From: an uncultured Lachnospiraceae bacterium
Lineage (GTDB): Bacteria; Bacillota; Clostridia; Lachnospirales; Lachnospiraceae
NCBI GenBank assembly: GCA_910585465.1
Contig: CAJUEW010000004.1
Location: forward strand, 44,001-108,000
Length of the DNA stretch: 64,000 nt
Reading direction: 5' to 3'
Position 1 is the stretch's first letter, and every line of letters starts with the position of its first letter. A program made the translations under genes and the position numbers. Positions 18,585 through 29,271 of the stretch are shown one piece after another. A model generated the notes under the pieces. The model was not told the DNA's origin. It was given only the letters and a program-made list of their open reading frames with translations, and ran no database searches.

Positions 18585-19229
18585 ATGCCATGGTGTCCCC
18601 TATGCAGAAATGAGTATATAGAAGGCAAAACCCGCTGTCCTGACTGTGACACAGAATTGGTTTCCGAACTGACAGATGAATCTAAAGAAGAACCCGCTCT
18701 CTATATTCCAACGGAAGCAGAGCTTGCCGAGCTTGCGGCACGCAAAGCTGCTGCCGCCCGTATGACTACCTATACTTCTGCCAAAACCAGACATTCCGAA
18801 ACAAAATCTTCAGCCTGGACCTTTTTGATTATAGGCAGCATCGGATTTTTTGTCATTACGCTGGCACTGTTTGATGTTATCACGCTTCCGCTGAATAACT
18901 TCTCTTTATTTATCATGGAAGCAATGTTTATTATCTTTCTGGGTATTTCCGGCGTTTCCTTTAAAAATGCCGCAAAAATGCTGGACGAGATTTCCATGGA
19001 GGACTGCCTGGAAACCCGTATCAAAGCATGGGCAAAGGAACATCTGACTGTCGGTGAGCTGACTGCCGGGCTGGAGGCCGATACTTCTGAAGAAATGAAA
19101 TATTTTATGGTTTCGGCCCTGATCCGTGAACGGCTGATGCTGGCATTTCCCGAAGTGGATGATGCATATGCAGAAGAACTGACCGAAAATTTTTATAATG
19201 AGCTTTTTTCTGAGGACGGAAATTTATGA
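18585..19229 (+). CDS. Hypothetical membrane protein with N-terminal Zn ribbon
   Basis: CPLC...CPDC, two TM helices, AGGAGG RBS. Confidence 0.85.
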   Translation: MPWCPLCRNEYIEGKTRCPDCDTELVSELTDESKEEPALYIPTEAELAELAARKAAAARMTTYTSAKTRHSETKSSAWTFLIIGSIGFFVITLALFDVITLPLNNFSLFIMEAMFIIFLGISGVSFKNAAKMLDEISMEDCLETRIKAWAKEHLTVGELTAGLEADTSEEMKYFMVSALIRERLMLAFPEVDDAYAEELTENFYNELFSEDGNL

Positions 19230-19822
19230 CCTACCACTATTACATGTTCCATAAACCCTTCGGCTGTATCACTGCCCGCCGGGATGCACGCTTTCCTGTG
19301 GTAATGGACTATTTCCGGCATCTGCACAATGAAAAACTGTCCCCGGTGGGACGTCTGGATCGGGAGACAGAAGGACTTCTGATGATCACAGACGACGGCA
19401 GGTGGAATCAGAATATGAGCCATCCCGCCTATCATGTCCCTAAAACCTATGAATTTATGGCCATGGGCACCCTGAACGAAGAAAAAATAAAGTATCTGTC
19501 CAACGGGATTCTTTTAACCGGAGCAGACCGTCCGACTTCAGGAGCAGAGCTTACAGTCACCGGACAGACTACTCTCTCCTGCGTCCGTCCTGCCCTCCAT
19601 CCGGACATGCAGGAAAAATTAAAGTACAATCTTCCCAATCACCCTGTTGTCTGCGGTCAAATCACTATTACAGAAGGCAAAAAGCGTCAGATTCGCCGGA
19701 TGCTGAAGGCTGTAGACTGCTGTGTTATCTATTTGAAACGGCTTTCCATTGGCAGTATTGTACTGGATCCTGCATTAAGGCCCGGTGAATTTAAAGAATA
19801 CTCCCCCTTTCATACAACTTAA
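19226..19822 (+). CDS. RsuA-family pseudouridine synthase lacking S4 domain
   Basis: FHKP.G, PVGRLDRETEGLL, ITEGKKRQIRRM; ATGA overlap with the upstream gene. Confidence 0.9.
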   Translation: MTYHYYMFHKPFGCITARRDARFPVVMDYFRHLHNEKLSPVGRLDRETEGLLMITDDGRWNQNMSHPAYHVPKTYEFMAMGTLNEEKIKYLSNGILLTGADRPTSGAELTVTGQTTLSCVRPALHPDMQEKLKYNLPNHPVVCGQITITEGKKRQIRRMLKAVDCCVIYLKRLSIGSIVLDPALRPGEFKEYSPFHTT

Positions 19823-19842
19823 ATAAATGGAATTATTTCCGC

Positions 19843-19884
19843 AAAAAAGCTTTTCAGGAATCTGACATTCCTGAAAAGCTTTTT
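19843..19884. terminator. Bidirectional rho-independent terminator
   Basis: aaaaagcttttcaggaat-loop-attcctgaaaagcttttt between convergent genes. Confidence 0.85.
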
Positions 19885-19904
19885 ATTTGTTTCGCTTTTA
19901 ATTC

Positions 19905-21293
19905 TTATTTATTGCTCAAATACTCGTGTATTCCTTTAGCAGCTGTTTTTCCGGCTCCCATTGCCAAAATAACAGTAGCCGCGCCTGTCACCGCGTCGCC
20001 GCCTGCATATACTCCCTCTTTTGAGGTTGCTCCGGTATCCTCTGTAGCTACAATACACTGTCTTCTGTTAATCTCCAGTCCCTTGGTTGTAGAAGAAATC
20101 AGCGGATTCGGAGAAGTACCCAGAGACATAACCACTGTATCACATTCAATTACAAACTCAGAACCCGGAACCTCCACCGGACGGCGTCTTCCGGAAGCAT
20201 CCGGCTCGCCAAGCTCCATTCTGATACATTTTATGCCGGTTACCCAGTCATTTTCATTTACAAGAATCTCCACCGGATTTGTCAGAAGATCAAATATAAT
20301 CCCCTCTTCCTTTGCGTGATGTACTTCTTCCACACGGGCGGGAAGCTCGGACTCACTGCGTCTGTACACAATATGGGTTTCTGCGCCAAGACGAAGCGCA
20401 GTACGCGCCGCATCCATAGCCACATTGCCGCCGCCGACTACCACTACCTTTTTGCCATGTACAATCGGCGTATCATAATCCGGATTAAATGCCTTCATTA
20501 AATTATTTCTGGTCAGATACTCATTTGCTGAGAGAACGCCGCATGCAGTCTCTCCCGGAATACCCATAAACTTCGGCAGACCCGCGCCGGAACCGATAAA
20601 TACCGCGTCAAAGCCTTCCTCCTCAATCAGCTCATCCAGCTTCACAGTCTTGCCGACAATTACATCAGTCTCGATTTTAACGCCAAGAGATTTTACATTC
20701 TCAACCTCCGGCCCCACAACACGATCCTTAGGAAGACGGAACTCCGGAATACCATAAACAAGAACACCGCCTGCTTTATGTAATGCCTCAAAAATTGTTA
20801 CATCATATCCTAATTTGGCAAGATCTCCTGCGCAGGTAAGACCGGAAGGACCGGAACCGATCACCGCCACCTTTTTACCGTTTTTCTCTGCCGGAGGAGC
20901 AGGCTTGATATTGTTCTCACGCGCCCAGTCAGCAACGAAACGTTCCAGCTTACCGATGGAAATCGGATCTCCCTTCTTTCCGCGGATGCATTTCCCCTCA
21001 CACTGGCTCTCCTGGGGACATACACGGCCGCACACTGCCGGAAGTGCGGAAGAACGGCTGATAACCTGAAATGCTTCGTCAAATTTTTCTTCTTTTACTG
21101 CCGCAATAAATTCCGGAATATTAATAGATACCGGACATCCTTCCATACATTTTGCATTTTTACAGGTAATACAGCGCTGCGCCTCTTCCACTGCCTCTTC
21201 TTTATTATAACCATAGCATACTTCTTCAAAATTCTTAGCCCGAACCTTCGGATCCTGCTCACGAACTGGTACTTTCTTTAATACGTCTGCCAT
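19905..21293 (-). CDS. nfnB: Electron-bifurcating transhydrogenase large subunit (NfnB / GltA-SudA-like)
   Basis: RCITCKNAKC..GCP, CGRVCPQE.QCE, GSGPSG and GGGNVAMD motifs; coupled to nfnA. Confidence 0.9.
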   Translation of the reverse strand: MADVLKKVPVREQDPKVRAKNFEEVCYGYNKEEAVEEAQRCITCKNAKCMEGCPVSINIPEFIAAVKEEKFDEAFQVISRSSALPAVCGRVCPQESQCEGKCIRGKKGDPISIGKLERFVADWARENNIKPAPPAEKNGKKVAVIGSGPSGLTCAGDLAKLGYDVTIFEALHKAGGVLVYGIPEFRLPKDRVVGPEVENVKSLGVKIETDVIVGKTVKLDELIEEEGFDAVFIGSGAGLPKFMGIPGETACGVLSANEYLTRNNLMKAFNPDYDTPIVHGKKVVVVGGGNVAMDAARTALRLGAETHIVYRRSESELPARVEEVHHAKEEGIIFDLLTNPVEILVNENDWVTGIKCIRMELGEPDASGRRRPVEVPGSEFVIECDTVVMSLGTSPNPLISSTTKGLEINRRQCIVATEDTGATSKEGVYAGGDAVTGAATVILAMGAGKTAAKGIHEYLSNK

Positions 21294-22177
21294 TATTTAT
21301 CACCTCCGCAATTTCCGCAGCCACCGTGATGGGTATCTCCCTCCTGGTATTTCAGAAGACGCCTTCCCTCTTCCGTCTTATACATAGCCGCTCTCTTCAT
21401 AGCCTGATCAAAATCGATCTTATGGCCGTCAAACTCCGGTCCGTCCACACATGCAAACTTCACTTCGTCGCCTACCATAACACGGCAGGCACCGCACATA
21501 CCGGTTCCATCCACCATAATCGGATTCATGCTGACGATTGTCGGGATACCGAGCTTCTTGGTTGTCAGACAGGCAAATTTCATCATAATCATTGGCCCGA
21601 TAGCCACACACAGGTCAAACTGCTTTCCTTCATTTACCAGCTTCTCCAGCATGGCAGTTCCCACGCCCTGGAATCCATAGCTTCCATCATCCGTACACAG
21701 ATGAAGATTGCCGACCTTGCTCATCTCATCCTCCAGAATCAGAAGGTCCTTCGTTCTCGCGCCAACTATAATGTCGCACTCAATGCCGTGATCATGCAGC
21801 CACTTCGCCTGAGGATAAACGGGAGCTGTTCCCACTCCGCCTGCAATAAACACAATTTTTTTCTTTTTCACTTCTTCCAAATCATCTGTAACAAACTCCG
21901 ACGGACGTCCCAGCGGCCCGACAAAATCGGCAATCGCATCTCCTGCCTTCAATGCAAGCAGCTTGTGAGTAGATACACCAATCGGCTGAAATACAATGGT
22001 AATAGTTCCTGCTTCCCTGTCATAATCGCAAATCGTAAGCGGAATACGCTCTGCGGACTCGTCCACCCTTACAATGATAAACTGCCCCGGCTCACAAGAC
22101 TTTGCCACTCTTGGAGCAAGGATAACTTGTTTGTAGACATTTGCAGAGAGCTGCTCTGCCTCTAAAATCTTGAACAT
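21293..22177 (-). CDS. nfnA: Electron-bifurcating transhydrogenase small subunit (NfnA / SudB-like)
   Basis: PGQF, ERIPLT, GGVG, MVDGTGMCGACR..CVDGPEF [2Fe-2S] motif. Confidence 0.9.
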   Translation of the reverse strand: MFKILEAEQLSANVYKQVILAPRVAKSCEPGQFIIVRVDESAERIPLTICDYDREAGTITIVFQPIGVSTHKLLALKAGDAIADFVGPLGRPSEFVTDDLEEVKKKKIVFIAGGVGTAPVYPQAKWLHDHGIECDIIVGARTKDLLILEDEMSKVGNLHLCTDDGSYGFQGVGTAMLEKLVNEGKQFDLCVAIGPMIMMKFACLTTKKLGIPTIVSMNPIMVDGTGMCGACRVMVGDEVKFACVDGPEFDGHKIDFDQAMKRAAMYKTEEGRRLLKYQEGDTHHGGCGNCGGDK

Positions 22178-22269
22178 ATGCTTCCTCCTAAATTTTGTAG
22201 TAATCCTGTATCGTGACTACAAATCATATTACTATCATAATGCAAAATCAGGTATATTTCAACAAAAAA

Positions 22270-23154
22270 TTATGGAACCTCAGTCATTTCTTCTGGCAAA
22301 CTTTCCATATTCTCTTCGGGAGACACATAAACTTCCGACACATTGTATATTGCTTCCATAATACCACTCATTCCGCCGTACTCATCCACAGAAACTGCCT
22401 GAAGAACTGTAAGACCTGGTGATATATATATGGGACCTTTGTACAATTTAGAATCATATCCTGGCTCTTCTCCGTTTGTTGTATAATAAATCCTGCAATC
22501 CTCCTCTGCATACAGACTTACATAAAAGCTTCCGCTGTAGTTTCCCCCCTCCATGCTGAATACCGGCTCGTCCGGATAATCAAACGTAATCTCATAGGTT
22601 CCGTCTGCCTCTTCACTCTGGAGCCCGTCAGACCGGATAAAAATAGCCCGCAGTACGGTCTTACCCTCTCCTATCTCTATCGGACGATTGTAAATCGTAC
22701 TCTGGGCGCCCGGCGTTGTTCCATCGGTTGTATAATAAATAACTCCCTCAGTCCTCTGCGCATGGGAAATTGTAAGTCTCAAAGAATAGTCATACTGCCC
22801 CGGAGCCATGCTGAACTGAGGCTTCTCCAGAAAAACCGGCTCCTCTGACTCTGCAGCCACTTCCTGAGGTTCCAGAACAAAATGGTACGAAGCCTGAAAA
22901 ACCACAATTCCCATAATCATCAGAACAACTGCCGCAATCCCGTACCTCCACTGATACCAAAATGGGGGCGCAGCAGATTTCTCCGGCTCTGACGGCCTTT
23001 CAGAAACCGGCTTTGCTGTCTGCGTATTATCCTCCGTCCTTATGGCAATATCGTCCACCGGGTTATAATCAGGAACCATCTGAATAGCCGTTCCACAATT
23101 TTCGCAATAAAATTTTCCTTCCGGAATATCGGTTCCGCATTTCTGGCATTTCAT
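22270..23154 (-). CDS. Zn-ribbon, single-TM protein with two chitobiase/beta-hexosaminidase C-terminal (Fn3-associated) domains
   Basis: CQKCG..CENCG, a TM helix, two IYYTT(D/N)G..P...S..Y..PI repeats. Confidence 0.85.
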   Translation of the reverse strand: MKCQKCGTDIPEGKFYCENCGTAIQMVPDYNPVDDIAIRTEDNTQTAKPVSERPSEPEKSAAPPFWYQWRYGIAAVVLMIMGIVVFQASYHFVLEPQEVAAESEEPVFLEKPQFSMAPGQYDYSLRLTISHAQRTEGVIYYTTDGTTPGAQSTIYNRPIEIGEGKTVLRAIFIRSDGLQSEEADGTYEITFDYPDEPVFSMEGGNYSGSFYVSLYAEEDCRIYYTTNGEEPGYDSKLYKGPIYISPGLTVLQAVSVDEYGGMSGIMEAIYNVSEVYVSPEENMESLPEEMTEVP

Positions 23155-23179
23155 GTCAAATGATGTTTCCTTTCATCCG

Positions 23180-25792
23180 TTATACATGTTCCTCTATATA
23201 TTGCTCAAACTCTTCCATAGACATGAGCACCTTTCTTGGTTTCGTACCTTCCTCCTCACCGACTACTCCGGCATCCGCCAGCTGATCCATAATTCGGGCC
23301 GCCCGGTTAAATCCAATTTTAAACCAGCGCTGAAGCATCCCGATGGATGCCTTATCCTTCTCAATAATAAATTTGCCTGCCTCTGTAAAGAGTATATCCC
23401 GGTCACTCCCCCCTCCCGGCGTATCGGCAGATACCGCGCTCTCCACTGCCGCCTGCATCTGCTTCATTCTCTCGGCTATCTCCTCACTGCTTCCTGCATT
23501 CTCTGTATTCCGGCTGCTTAAAAATTCCACAACCGCAGCAACCTCCGCATCTGACACAAATGCGCCTTGTACACGCAGAGGCTTAGGAAGCCCGTATGGA
23601 GAAAACAGCATATCCCCTTTTCCAAGCAGCTTCTCCGCCCCATTCATATCCAGGATGGTCCTGGAATCCACGCCGGAGGAAACTGCAAAGGCAATTCTGG
23701 AGGGCATATTTGCTTTAATCAGCCCGGTAATCACATTGACAGAGGGTCTCTGTGTCGCAATGATTAAATGAATACCCGCAGCACGGGCAAGCTGCGCCAG
23801 ACGGCAGATAGCATCCTCTACTTCACCGGGAGAAACCATCATAAGATCCGCCAGCTCGTCCACAATAATAACAATCTGCGGCATTTTTTCCGGCTTATTA
23901 TCATCCTCAATAGCTGCAATAGAGTCAATTTTACTGTTATATCCTTCAATATTCCGGACATTTAGCTCTGCAAATTTATTATATCTGCCCATCATCTCCG
24001 CCACAGCCCAGTTCAGCGCCCCGGAAGCCTTCTTTGGATCTGTCACAACCGGGATCAGAAGATGAGGAATCCCGTTATAAGCGCTAAGCTCCACCACCTT
24101 GGGATCGATCATAATCAGTTTTACCTCGTCCGGCCTGGCTTTGTATAAAATGCTCATAATCAAGGTGTTAATACACACTGATTTACCGGAGCCTGTGGCT
24201 CCCGCAATCAGAAGATGAGGCATCTTCGCAATATCAGATACCATAATATTGCCTCCAATATCCTTTCCGACCGCAAAGGCAATTCTGGAGGAATGCCCTT
24301 TAAATTCCTTAGCCTCCACCAGCTCCCTGAACATTACTATGGAATTTTCCTTGTTCGGAACCTCAATTCCCACTGCCGCTTTACCGGGAATCGGCGCTTC
24401 CATACGGATATCCGGAACAGCAAGATTCAGCTTAATATCGTCCGAAAGGGCAATGATTTTACTCACCTTCACACCATGGGCAGGCTGCACTTCAAATCTG
24501 GTAACAGAAGGTCCCTGACTTGCGTCGGTCACAGTTGCGTTCACTCCAAAGTCCTCCATAATCTGCTGCAGATGGCTGGCCGTCTCCTGAAGATGAGCGG
24601 ACACGTTCTTTTTTCCTGCACCGCCCTTTGGAGCCTTCAGAAGCGAGATCGGGGGAAACTGATATTCCTTTTCTCCCGCCGGCTCATGAATCAGAGCCTT
24701 TGCAGACTCCTCTGTCTCTTTATGAGCCTCCCGCACTGCAGCCTCCGTCTCTTCTCTTTGTATTTCACGATCAGGACTCTGCTTTTTCCGCTGAATCTCC
24801 CTTTCGGCTTCAAGCTCTCTGCGGCTCAGGGCATTTTTAAGAAGATCTTCCTCACTGAAGCCAATCTCCTCCAAATCCCCGGCTGCTGCTGAGGATTTTT
24901 CACTTTCCTTATCGTTCCGGAATTCTGACTTATGTATGGAAAAAGCAAATGCCTTTTCCATCTCCGGCTGCCAGGGTACCTTTGCTGTTTCCGGAAGCGG
25001 CAAAGACTGCTTCTCTTCCTCCTGCTCTGTTTCCAGCTCCAGAAGTCCCATCTTTGTTTTTTTGGGTATTTTTATATCAGGGGTTACTCCGCTGACCCTG
25101 CGGTCCAGTCTCTGGCCCTTTTTCTGTTCTCTGCGCACTTCGGCAACTTCCCGCCTGCGTTCCATATCCTGCTTTGCAGATTCATATACTTTCCTGCTTC
25201 CTCTCGACATTCCTTTTACAAAGGAACGTTCTGTAACAATTACAATACAGATAATCAGTATGCCCAGCAGTATCAGATAGGCTCCTATTGTTCCGAACGC
25301 ATCACGAAGCACTCCGGAAATGGAGCCTCCCAGCAGGCCGCCCCCTGTCTTGTTTTCTGCACAATACTGATAAACTTCTTTTAATCCGGTCGCATCGGTC
25401 TTTGCCATTGTTACCATATGAAAAATCGCATTGAGCGCCAGACAGCCAATCACAGCTCCTGCAATTTTAATTGTCGCTATCAAATTTTCCTTGTTTGCCA
25501 GTGAAAAGAACACCAGCAGAAGCACTGCAACAGGAAAAACATAGGCAAAAAGTCCAAGACAGCCAAAAAAGAATCTGCTCAGTGAATTTCCGACCGCCCC
25601 TCCTATTCCAAAATTGCTGACAAACAGAAATATAGAGACAATAAGAAGCACAACAAGGCTTACTTCGTCCCAAATACCATTTTCCTGCTCTGCTGCTGTC
25701 TTTTTGAAATTGTTTTTTCTTGTATTCTTTGTCTCGTTTTTCTTTGCGGAAGCATTATTTTTTCTGCTTCCGGATTGACGGGTTCCACTCAT
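23180..25792 (-). CDS. ftsK: DNA translocase FtsK/SpoIIIE
   Basis: N-terminal TM domain, [30 protein letters not shown] and gamma domain ([17 protein letters not shown]). Confidence 0.97.
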   Translation of the reverse strand: MSGTRQSGSRKNNASAKKNETKNTRKNNFKKTAAEQENGIWDEVSLVVLLIVSIFLFVSNFGIGGAVGNSLSRFFFGCLGLFAYVFPVAVLLLVFFSLANKENLIATIKIAGAVIGCLALNAIFHMVTMAKTDATGLKEVYQYCAENKTGGGLLGGSISGVLRDAFGTIGAYLILLGILIICIVIVTERSFVKGMSRGSRKVYESAKQDMERRREVAEVRREQKKGQRLDRRVSGVTPDIKIPKKTKMGLLELETEQEEEKQSLPLPETAKVPWQPEMEKAFAFSIHKSEFRNDKESEKSSAAAGDLEEIGFSEEDLLKNALSRRELEAEREIQRKKQSPDREIQREETEAAVREAHKETEESAKALIHEPAGEKEYQFPPISLLKAPKGGAGKKNVSAHLQETASHLQQIMEDFGVNATVTDASQGPSVTRFEVQPAHGVKVSKIIALSDDIKLNLAVPDIRMEAPIPGKAAVGIEVPNKENSIVMFRELVEAKEFKGHSSRIAFAVGKDIGGNIMVSDIAKMPHLLIAGATGSGKSVCINTLIMSILYKARPDEVKLIMIDPKVVELSAYNGIPHLLIPVVTDPKKASGALNWAVAEMMGRYNKFAELNVRNIEGYNSKIDSIAAIEDDNKPEKMPQIVIIVDELADLMMVSPGEVEDAICRLAQLARAAGIHLIIATQRPSVNVITGLIKANMPSRIAFAVSSGVDSRTILDMNGAEKLLGKGDMLFSPYGLPKPLRVQGAFVSDAEVAAVVEFLSSRNTENAGSSEEIAERMKQMQAAVESAVSADTPGGGSDRDILFTEAGKFIIEKDKASIGMLQRWFKIGFNRAARIMDQLADAGVVGEEEGTKPRKVLMSMEEFEQYIEEHV

Positions 25793-25942
25793 AAATTACT
25801 CCTGTCTTTTCAGTTTATCATCAGAAGCGCGCAGACGCACGCACAAGTTATCAGACTCAGGCTGACAACAAATTTTATCATATCTTGTCCAGTTTATCAT
25901 TAAAACCAGGATTCGTCAAAAAATATATCAAAATTACAATCG

Positions 25943-25980
25943 TAAAGAGGACTCACCCTTTCAGGCAAGTCCTCTTATTT
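25943..25980 (-). terminator. Terminator downstream of the HPr gene
   Basis: aagaggact...agtcctctt stem followed by T residues on the minus strand. Confidence 0.55.
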
Positions 25981-25997
25981 CCTGCTGTGTCTGAAGA

Positions 25998-26255
25998 TTA
26001 AAGATTCTCTTCAAAGAATGCAAGCATCTCTTCCGCAGCAATATCCTCATCCGATCCTTCTACTGTAACCGTAACCGTATCCTGACACTGAATGTCCAGA
26101 TCAATCACCGACAGCAGTCTCTTCAAATCTCCGGTTTTTCCTTTATTTTCAATTGAAATCTCACTCCGGAACTCTTTGGCAAGCTGAAGAATCAATCCCG
26201 CGGCACGTGCGTGCATTCCAAGCTCTTCTTTAATCGTGTACTGAAATGTTTTCAT
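25998..26255 (-). CDS. HPr family phosphocarrier protein
   Basis: GMHARAA (His15) and EGSDE..A; 85 aa. Confidence 0.9.
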   Translation of the reverse strand: MKTFQYTIKEELGMHARAAGLILQLAKEFRSEISIENKGKTGDLKRLLSVIDLDIQCQDTVTVTVEGSDEDIAAEEMLAFFEENL

Positions 26256-26379
26256 ATCCTTTTCTCCGCCCGATTACTTTTGATTTTTTTATTATAACAT
26301 AAATCATCAGAAATGTAAAATTAATTTCATCTTTTGAGTTCCTTCCTGAATTTCCGGGGCCCTGCCTCCAAAGCTCCTG

Positions 26380-27000
26380 TCAGCTTTCCTGAGGATTCAG
26401 CATAAGCCGGATCTTTGACTGGACAACATCAAAAGCCACATTATTCATCCCGCTGTTAATGACAATATCCGCAATGGCACGGGTTGGTTCTACATAAAGA
26501 TAATGCATAGGCTTGACTGTAGTCAGGTATTGTTCCACAATATTATCCAGATCCCGTCCTCTTTCTTTTACATCCCGGACAATCCGGCGCAGAATCCGTT
26601 CATCCGCGTCTGCCTCCACATAGATTTTAATATCCAGCAGATCCTGTATCCTTTTGTCTGCCAGAAGAAGGATTCCCTCTGCCAGTATAATCTTTTTCGG
26701 TTCTATATGGATCGTCTGATCGGAACGGTTGTGAAGGCTGTAATCATAAACCGGGCAGTCAACAGCTTTCCCCTCCTTCAGCATCCGAAGATGCTTCAGC
26801 ATCAGGTCTGTTTCCAGTGAATCAGGATGGTCGTAATTCATTTTCTTACGTTCTTCAAATGGAACTTCATCCTGTCTGCGATAGTAGTTATCATGGTAAA
26901 TAACAGCGACATCATTTTTGAACTGTTCTTTCAGCCGGTTAGTAAACGTGGATTTTCCCGAACCGGTGCCCCCGGCAATACCAATAATCATGCAATTCAT
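26380..27000 (-). CDS. udk: Uridine kinase
   Basis: IGIAGGTGSGKST, NYDHPDS, RDVKERGR, VKPMH. Confidence 0.95.
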   Translation of the reverse strand: MNCMIIGIAGGTGSGKSTFTNRLKEQFKNDVAVIYHDNYYRRQDEVPFEERKKMNYDHPDSLETDLMLKHLRMLKEGKAVDCPVYDYSLHNRSDQTIHIEPKKIILAEGILLLADKRIQDLLDIKIYVEADADERILRRIVRDVKERGRDLDNIVEQYLTTVKPMHYLYVEPTRAIADIVINSGMNNVAFDVVQSKIRLMLNPQES

Positions 27001-27191
27001 AATGGCTCCCTTCCTGTGCAGCTTTTATCAAATGTACTGCTTTTATTTTACACTTTATTTCCTCAGATTTCTACAGGAAGATATTCTGCGGCAGAAAAAA
27101 CGCTATTGAGTATACGGGATAATCCTTGTATAATATAAAATATTATACAACATCTAACACCTATATGGAAAACACAAAAGAGGGAATATGC

Positions 27192-29243
27192 GTGAAATTT
27201 AAAAGTATTTTTCAGAAAATTATGATACCAATGGCATTGATTGTCTGCTTTCTTGGAACTGTGATTCTTGGAATCGTAGGAATTCTGTTTACGGGAACCT
27301 ATGAACAGCAGATCTATGAAAGAAACAATGACACCGCAAATTTCGTGTCTCAGTCCGTGGGAGGCTTTATGAATATGGCCTACAGGGTCACTGAACAGAT
27401 GGCATACATGAATGACATTCTCAGCATGAATACGCAGATACAAACACCGATTCTGGAAGATACTGCAAAAAGAAATGATTATTTTGAATTAATATACATA
27501 CAGGACATGAACGGAGATCAAACCGGGCGCTCCTCCGGTGAACTGGGCAACCGTGCAAACCGCTGGTGGTTCACCCAAATGCTGGAAACAGGAGAACCGT
27601 TTGTGTCAAAATCATATTATTCTGTAAATACAAATATGGCGTGCGCTTCTATATTTATTCCTCTGCGGCAGCAGGAAAAGGAGATAGGAATCCTTGCAAC
27701 GGATATCAAACTGGATAAGCTGCAGGAAGCCGTATCCGAGTTTTCAGATATTAACACCGGCACCATTTCTTTTATTATCGACGGCGAAGGTGTGGTGGTC
27801 GCCCATCCTGAAAAAATTTATTATGAAGAGCTATATAATTATCAGAACATGACCCGCACAGTGACAAAAAAGGACGAATATGGTCATGTTTTGTACGATG
27901 GCGACGGCAATATTTTAACAGAAGAACTGCCGATTGAAATTTCTCCCGAATATAAAAATATGATTAAAGAGGTGATGGCAGGCAAAAGCGGGCAGGGACT
28001 GATAACGGATAATGGAAAGGATTACTATATTAGTTATGCCCCCATCCCTATGGACGGTATTTCTGACTCCTGGTCTGTGATATCGCTCCAGGAAAAAGCT
28101 ACGGCAATGCAGCTAATGGATCGGATTCTCCGGTCAGGGATTCTGGCAACTGTAGCAACCGTTGTCCTGGCAGTGATCCTGATTTTTCTGCTTACCAGAA
28201 CAATTACAAAGCCTATACAGTATTGTCTGAAAAGACTGACCGATCTTTCAAAAGGAGATTTATCCATAGAGCTTCCGGATATAAAAGGAAGGGATGAGGT
28301 TTCACAGCTCCTTGAAGCAGTAGGAAATACGATAGAAACATTAAAAAAAATCATTGACGATATTACGGAACAGCTTCACCGGATTTCAGACGGAGATCTG
28401 ACAAATCAGGCAGAATATGTGTACAGCAAAGACTTCAACGGACTGGGGCAGTCCCTGGGCTCTATCAGCCTGAGCCTGAATCAGTCATTAAAACGAGTCA
28501 GCGCTCACTCTGCTGAAGTATCGGCTAACGCCGCTTCCCTCTCCCAGACAGCACAATCTCTGGCAAAGGACACGGAGCTTCAGGAAAATGCAGTAGAAAA
28601 GCTGGCTTCAGAAATTGAAAATACATCCGGCGGCATCAGCGGCAGTGTGGAATTTTCTCAAAAATTAAAAGAAAAAATGAGCGAAGTACGTAAAACCATG
28701 TCAGCCACCAACCGTTTTGCCCAGGAATTACTGCAGGCTATGAATCTTATTCAGGAGGATTCTCAAAAAATCAGCGGTATTGCCAAGACCATACAGGATA
28801 TTTCTGTCCAGACCAATCTTCTTGCTTTGAATGCATCCGTGGAAGCCGCTAGAGCAGGCAAAGCAGGCATAGGCTTTTCCGTAATTGCCGGCGAAATCCG
28901 CGATCTGGCTTTGCACTGCTCCGAAGCAGTCGAAAATACAGAGCAATTAATCGGAACCACTCTGGATGAAATAGCAAGAGGTGTGGATACGCTGAATGTG
29001 ACGGTTGATACTATCCATGATTCGGCCAGAGGAATACAGGAAGCAAATGATCTGATCGAAGGAATTGCCAAGACGGCTGAAATCCAAAAGGAATCCATAA
29101 ATCAGATTTCAGCCACTCTGGAACAGATTTCCATTGTAGTTCAAAATAATTCCTCAGTTGCCCAGGAAACTGCATCCTCCAGTATAGAGATGCAGGAACA
29201 TGCTCATCAGCTTCAGCAGGCTGTGCAGAAATACCGCTTTTAA
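27192..29243 (+). CDS. Methyl-accepting chemotaxis protein (Cache sensor, HAMP, MA domain)
   Basis: TM-Cache-TM-HAMP layout; QTNLLALNASVEAARAG..G.GFSVIAGEIR. GTG start at 27192 chosen for the upstream GAGGGA RBS; the ORF track starts at 27126. Confidence 0.93.
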   Translation: MKFKSIFQKIMIPMALIVCFLGTVILGIVGILFTGTYEQQIYERNNDTANFVSQSVGGFMNMAYRVTEQMAYMNDILSMNTQIQTPILEDTAKRNDYFELIYIQDMNGDQTGRSSGELGNRANRWWFTQMLETGEPFVSKSYYSVNTNMACASIFIPLRQQEKEIGILATDIKLDKLQEAVSEFSDINTGTISFIIDGEGVVVAHPEKIYYEELYNYQNMTRTVTKKDEYGHVLYDGDGNILTEELPIEISPEYKNMIKEVMAGKSGQGLITDNGKDYYISYAPIPMDGISDSWSVISLQEKATAMQLMDRILRSGILATVATVVLAVILIFLLTRTITKPIQYCLKRLTDLSKGDLSIELPDIKGRDEVSQLLEAVGNTIETLKKIIDDITEQLHRISDGDLTNQAEYVYSKDFNGLGQSLGSISLSLNQSLKRVSAHSAEVSANAASLSQTAQSLAKDTELQENAVEKLASEIENTSGGISGSVEFSQKLKEKMSEVRKTMSATNRFAQELLQAMNLIQEDSQKISGIAKTIQDISVQTNLLALNASVEAARAGKAGIGFSVIAGEIRDLALHCSEAVENTEQLIGTTLDEIARGVDTLNVTVDTIHDSARGIQEANDLIEGIAKTAEIQKESINQISATLEQISIVVQNNSSVAQETASSSIEMQEHAHQLQQAVQKYRF

Positions 29244-29271
29244 ATTGGAAGACACGGATTTTTGCGGGCTG

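Noticed and set aside
19905..21293. Glutamate synthase small subunit
   Set aside because: No large subunit gene is nearby; pairing with an NfnA-type flavin/[2Fe-2S] subunit indicates NfnAB.
23180..25792. FtsK as the EssC/T7SS ATPase or ICE coupling protein for the kinase operon
   Set aside because: A single ATPase domain with N-terminal TM and C-terminal gamma domain identifies the housekeeping chromosome translocase.
25805..25930. Repeated TTATCA / cagtttatcat upstream of ftsK
   Set aside because: Short AT-rich repeats with irregular spacing; they do not match the DnaA box TTATCCACA, and one overlaps the likely -10.
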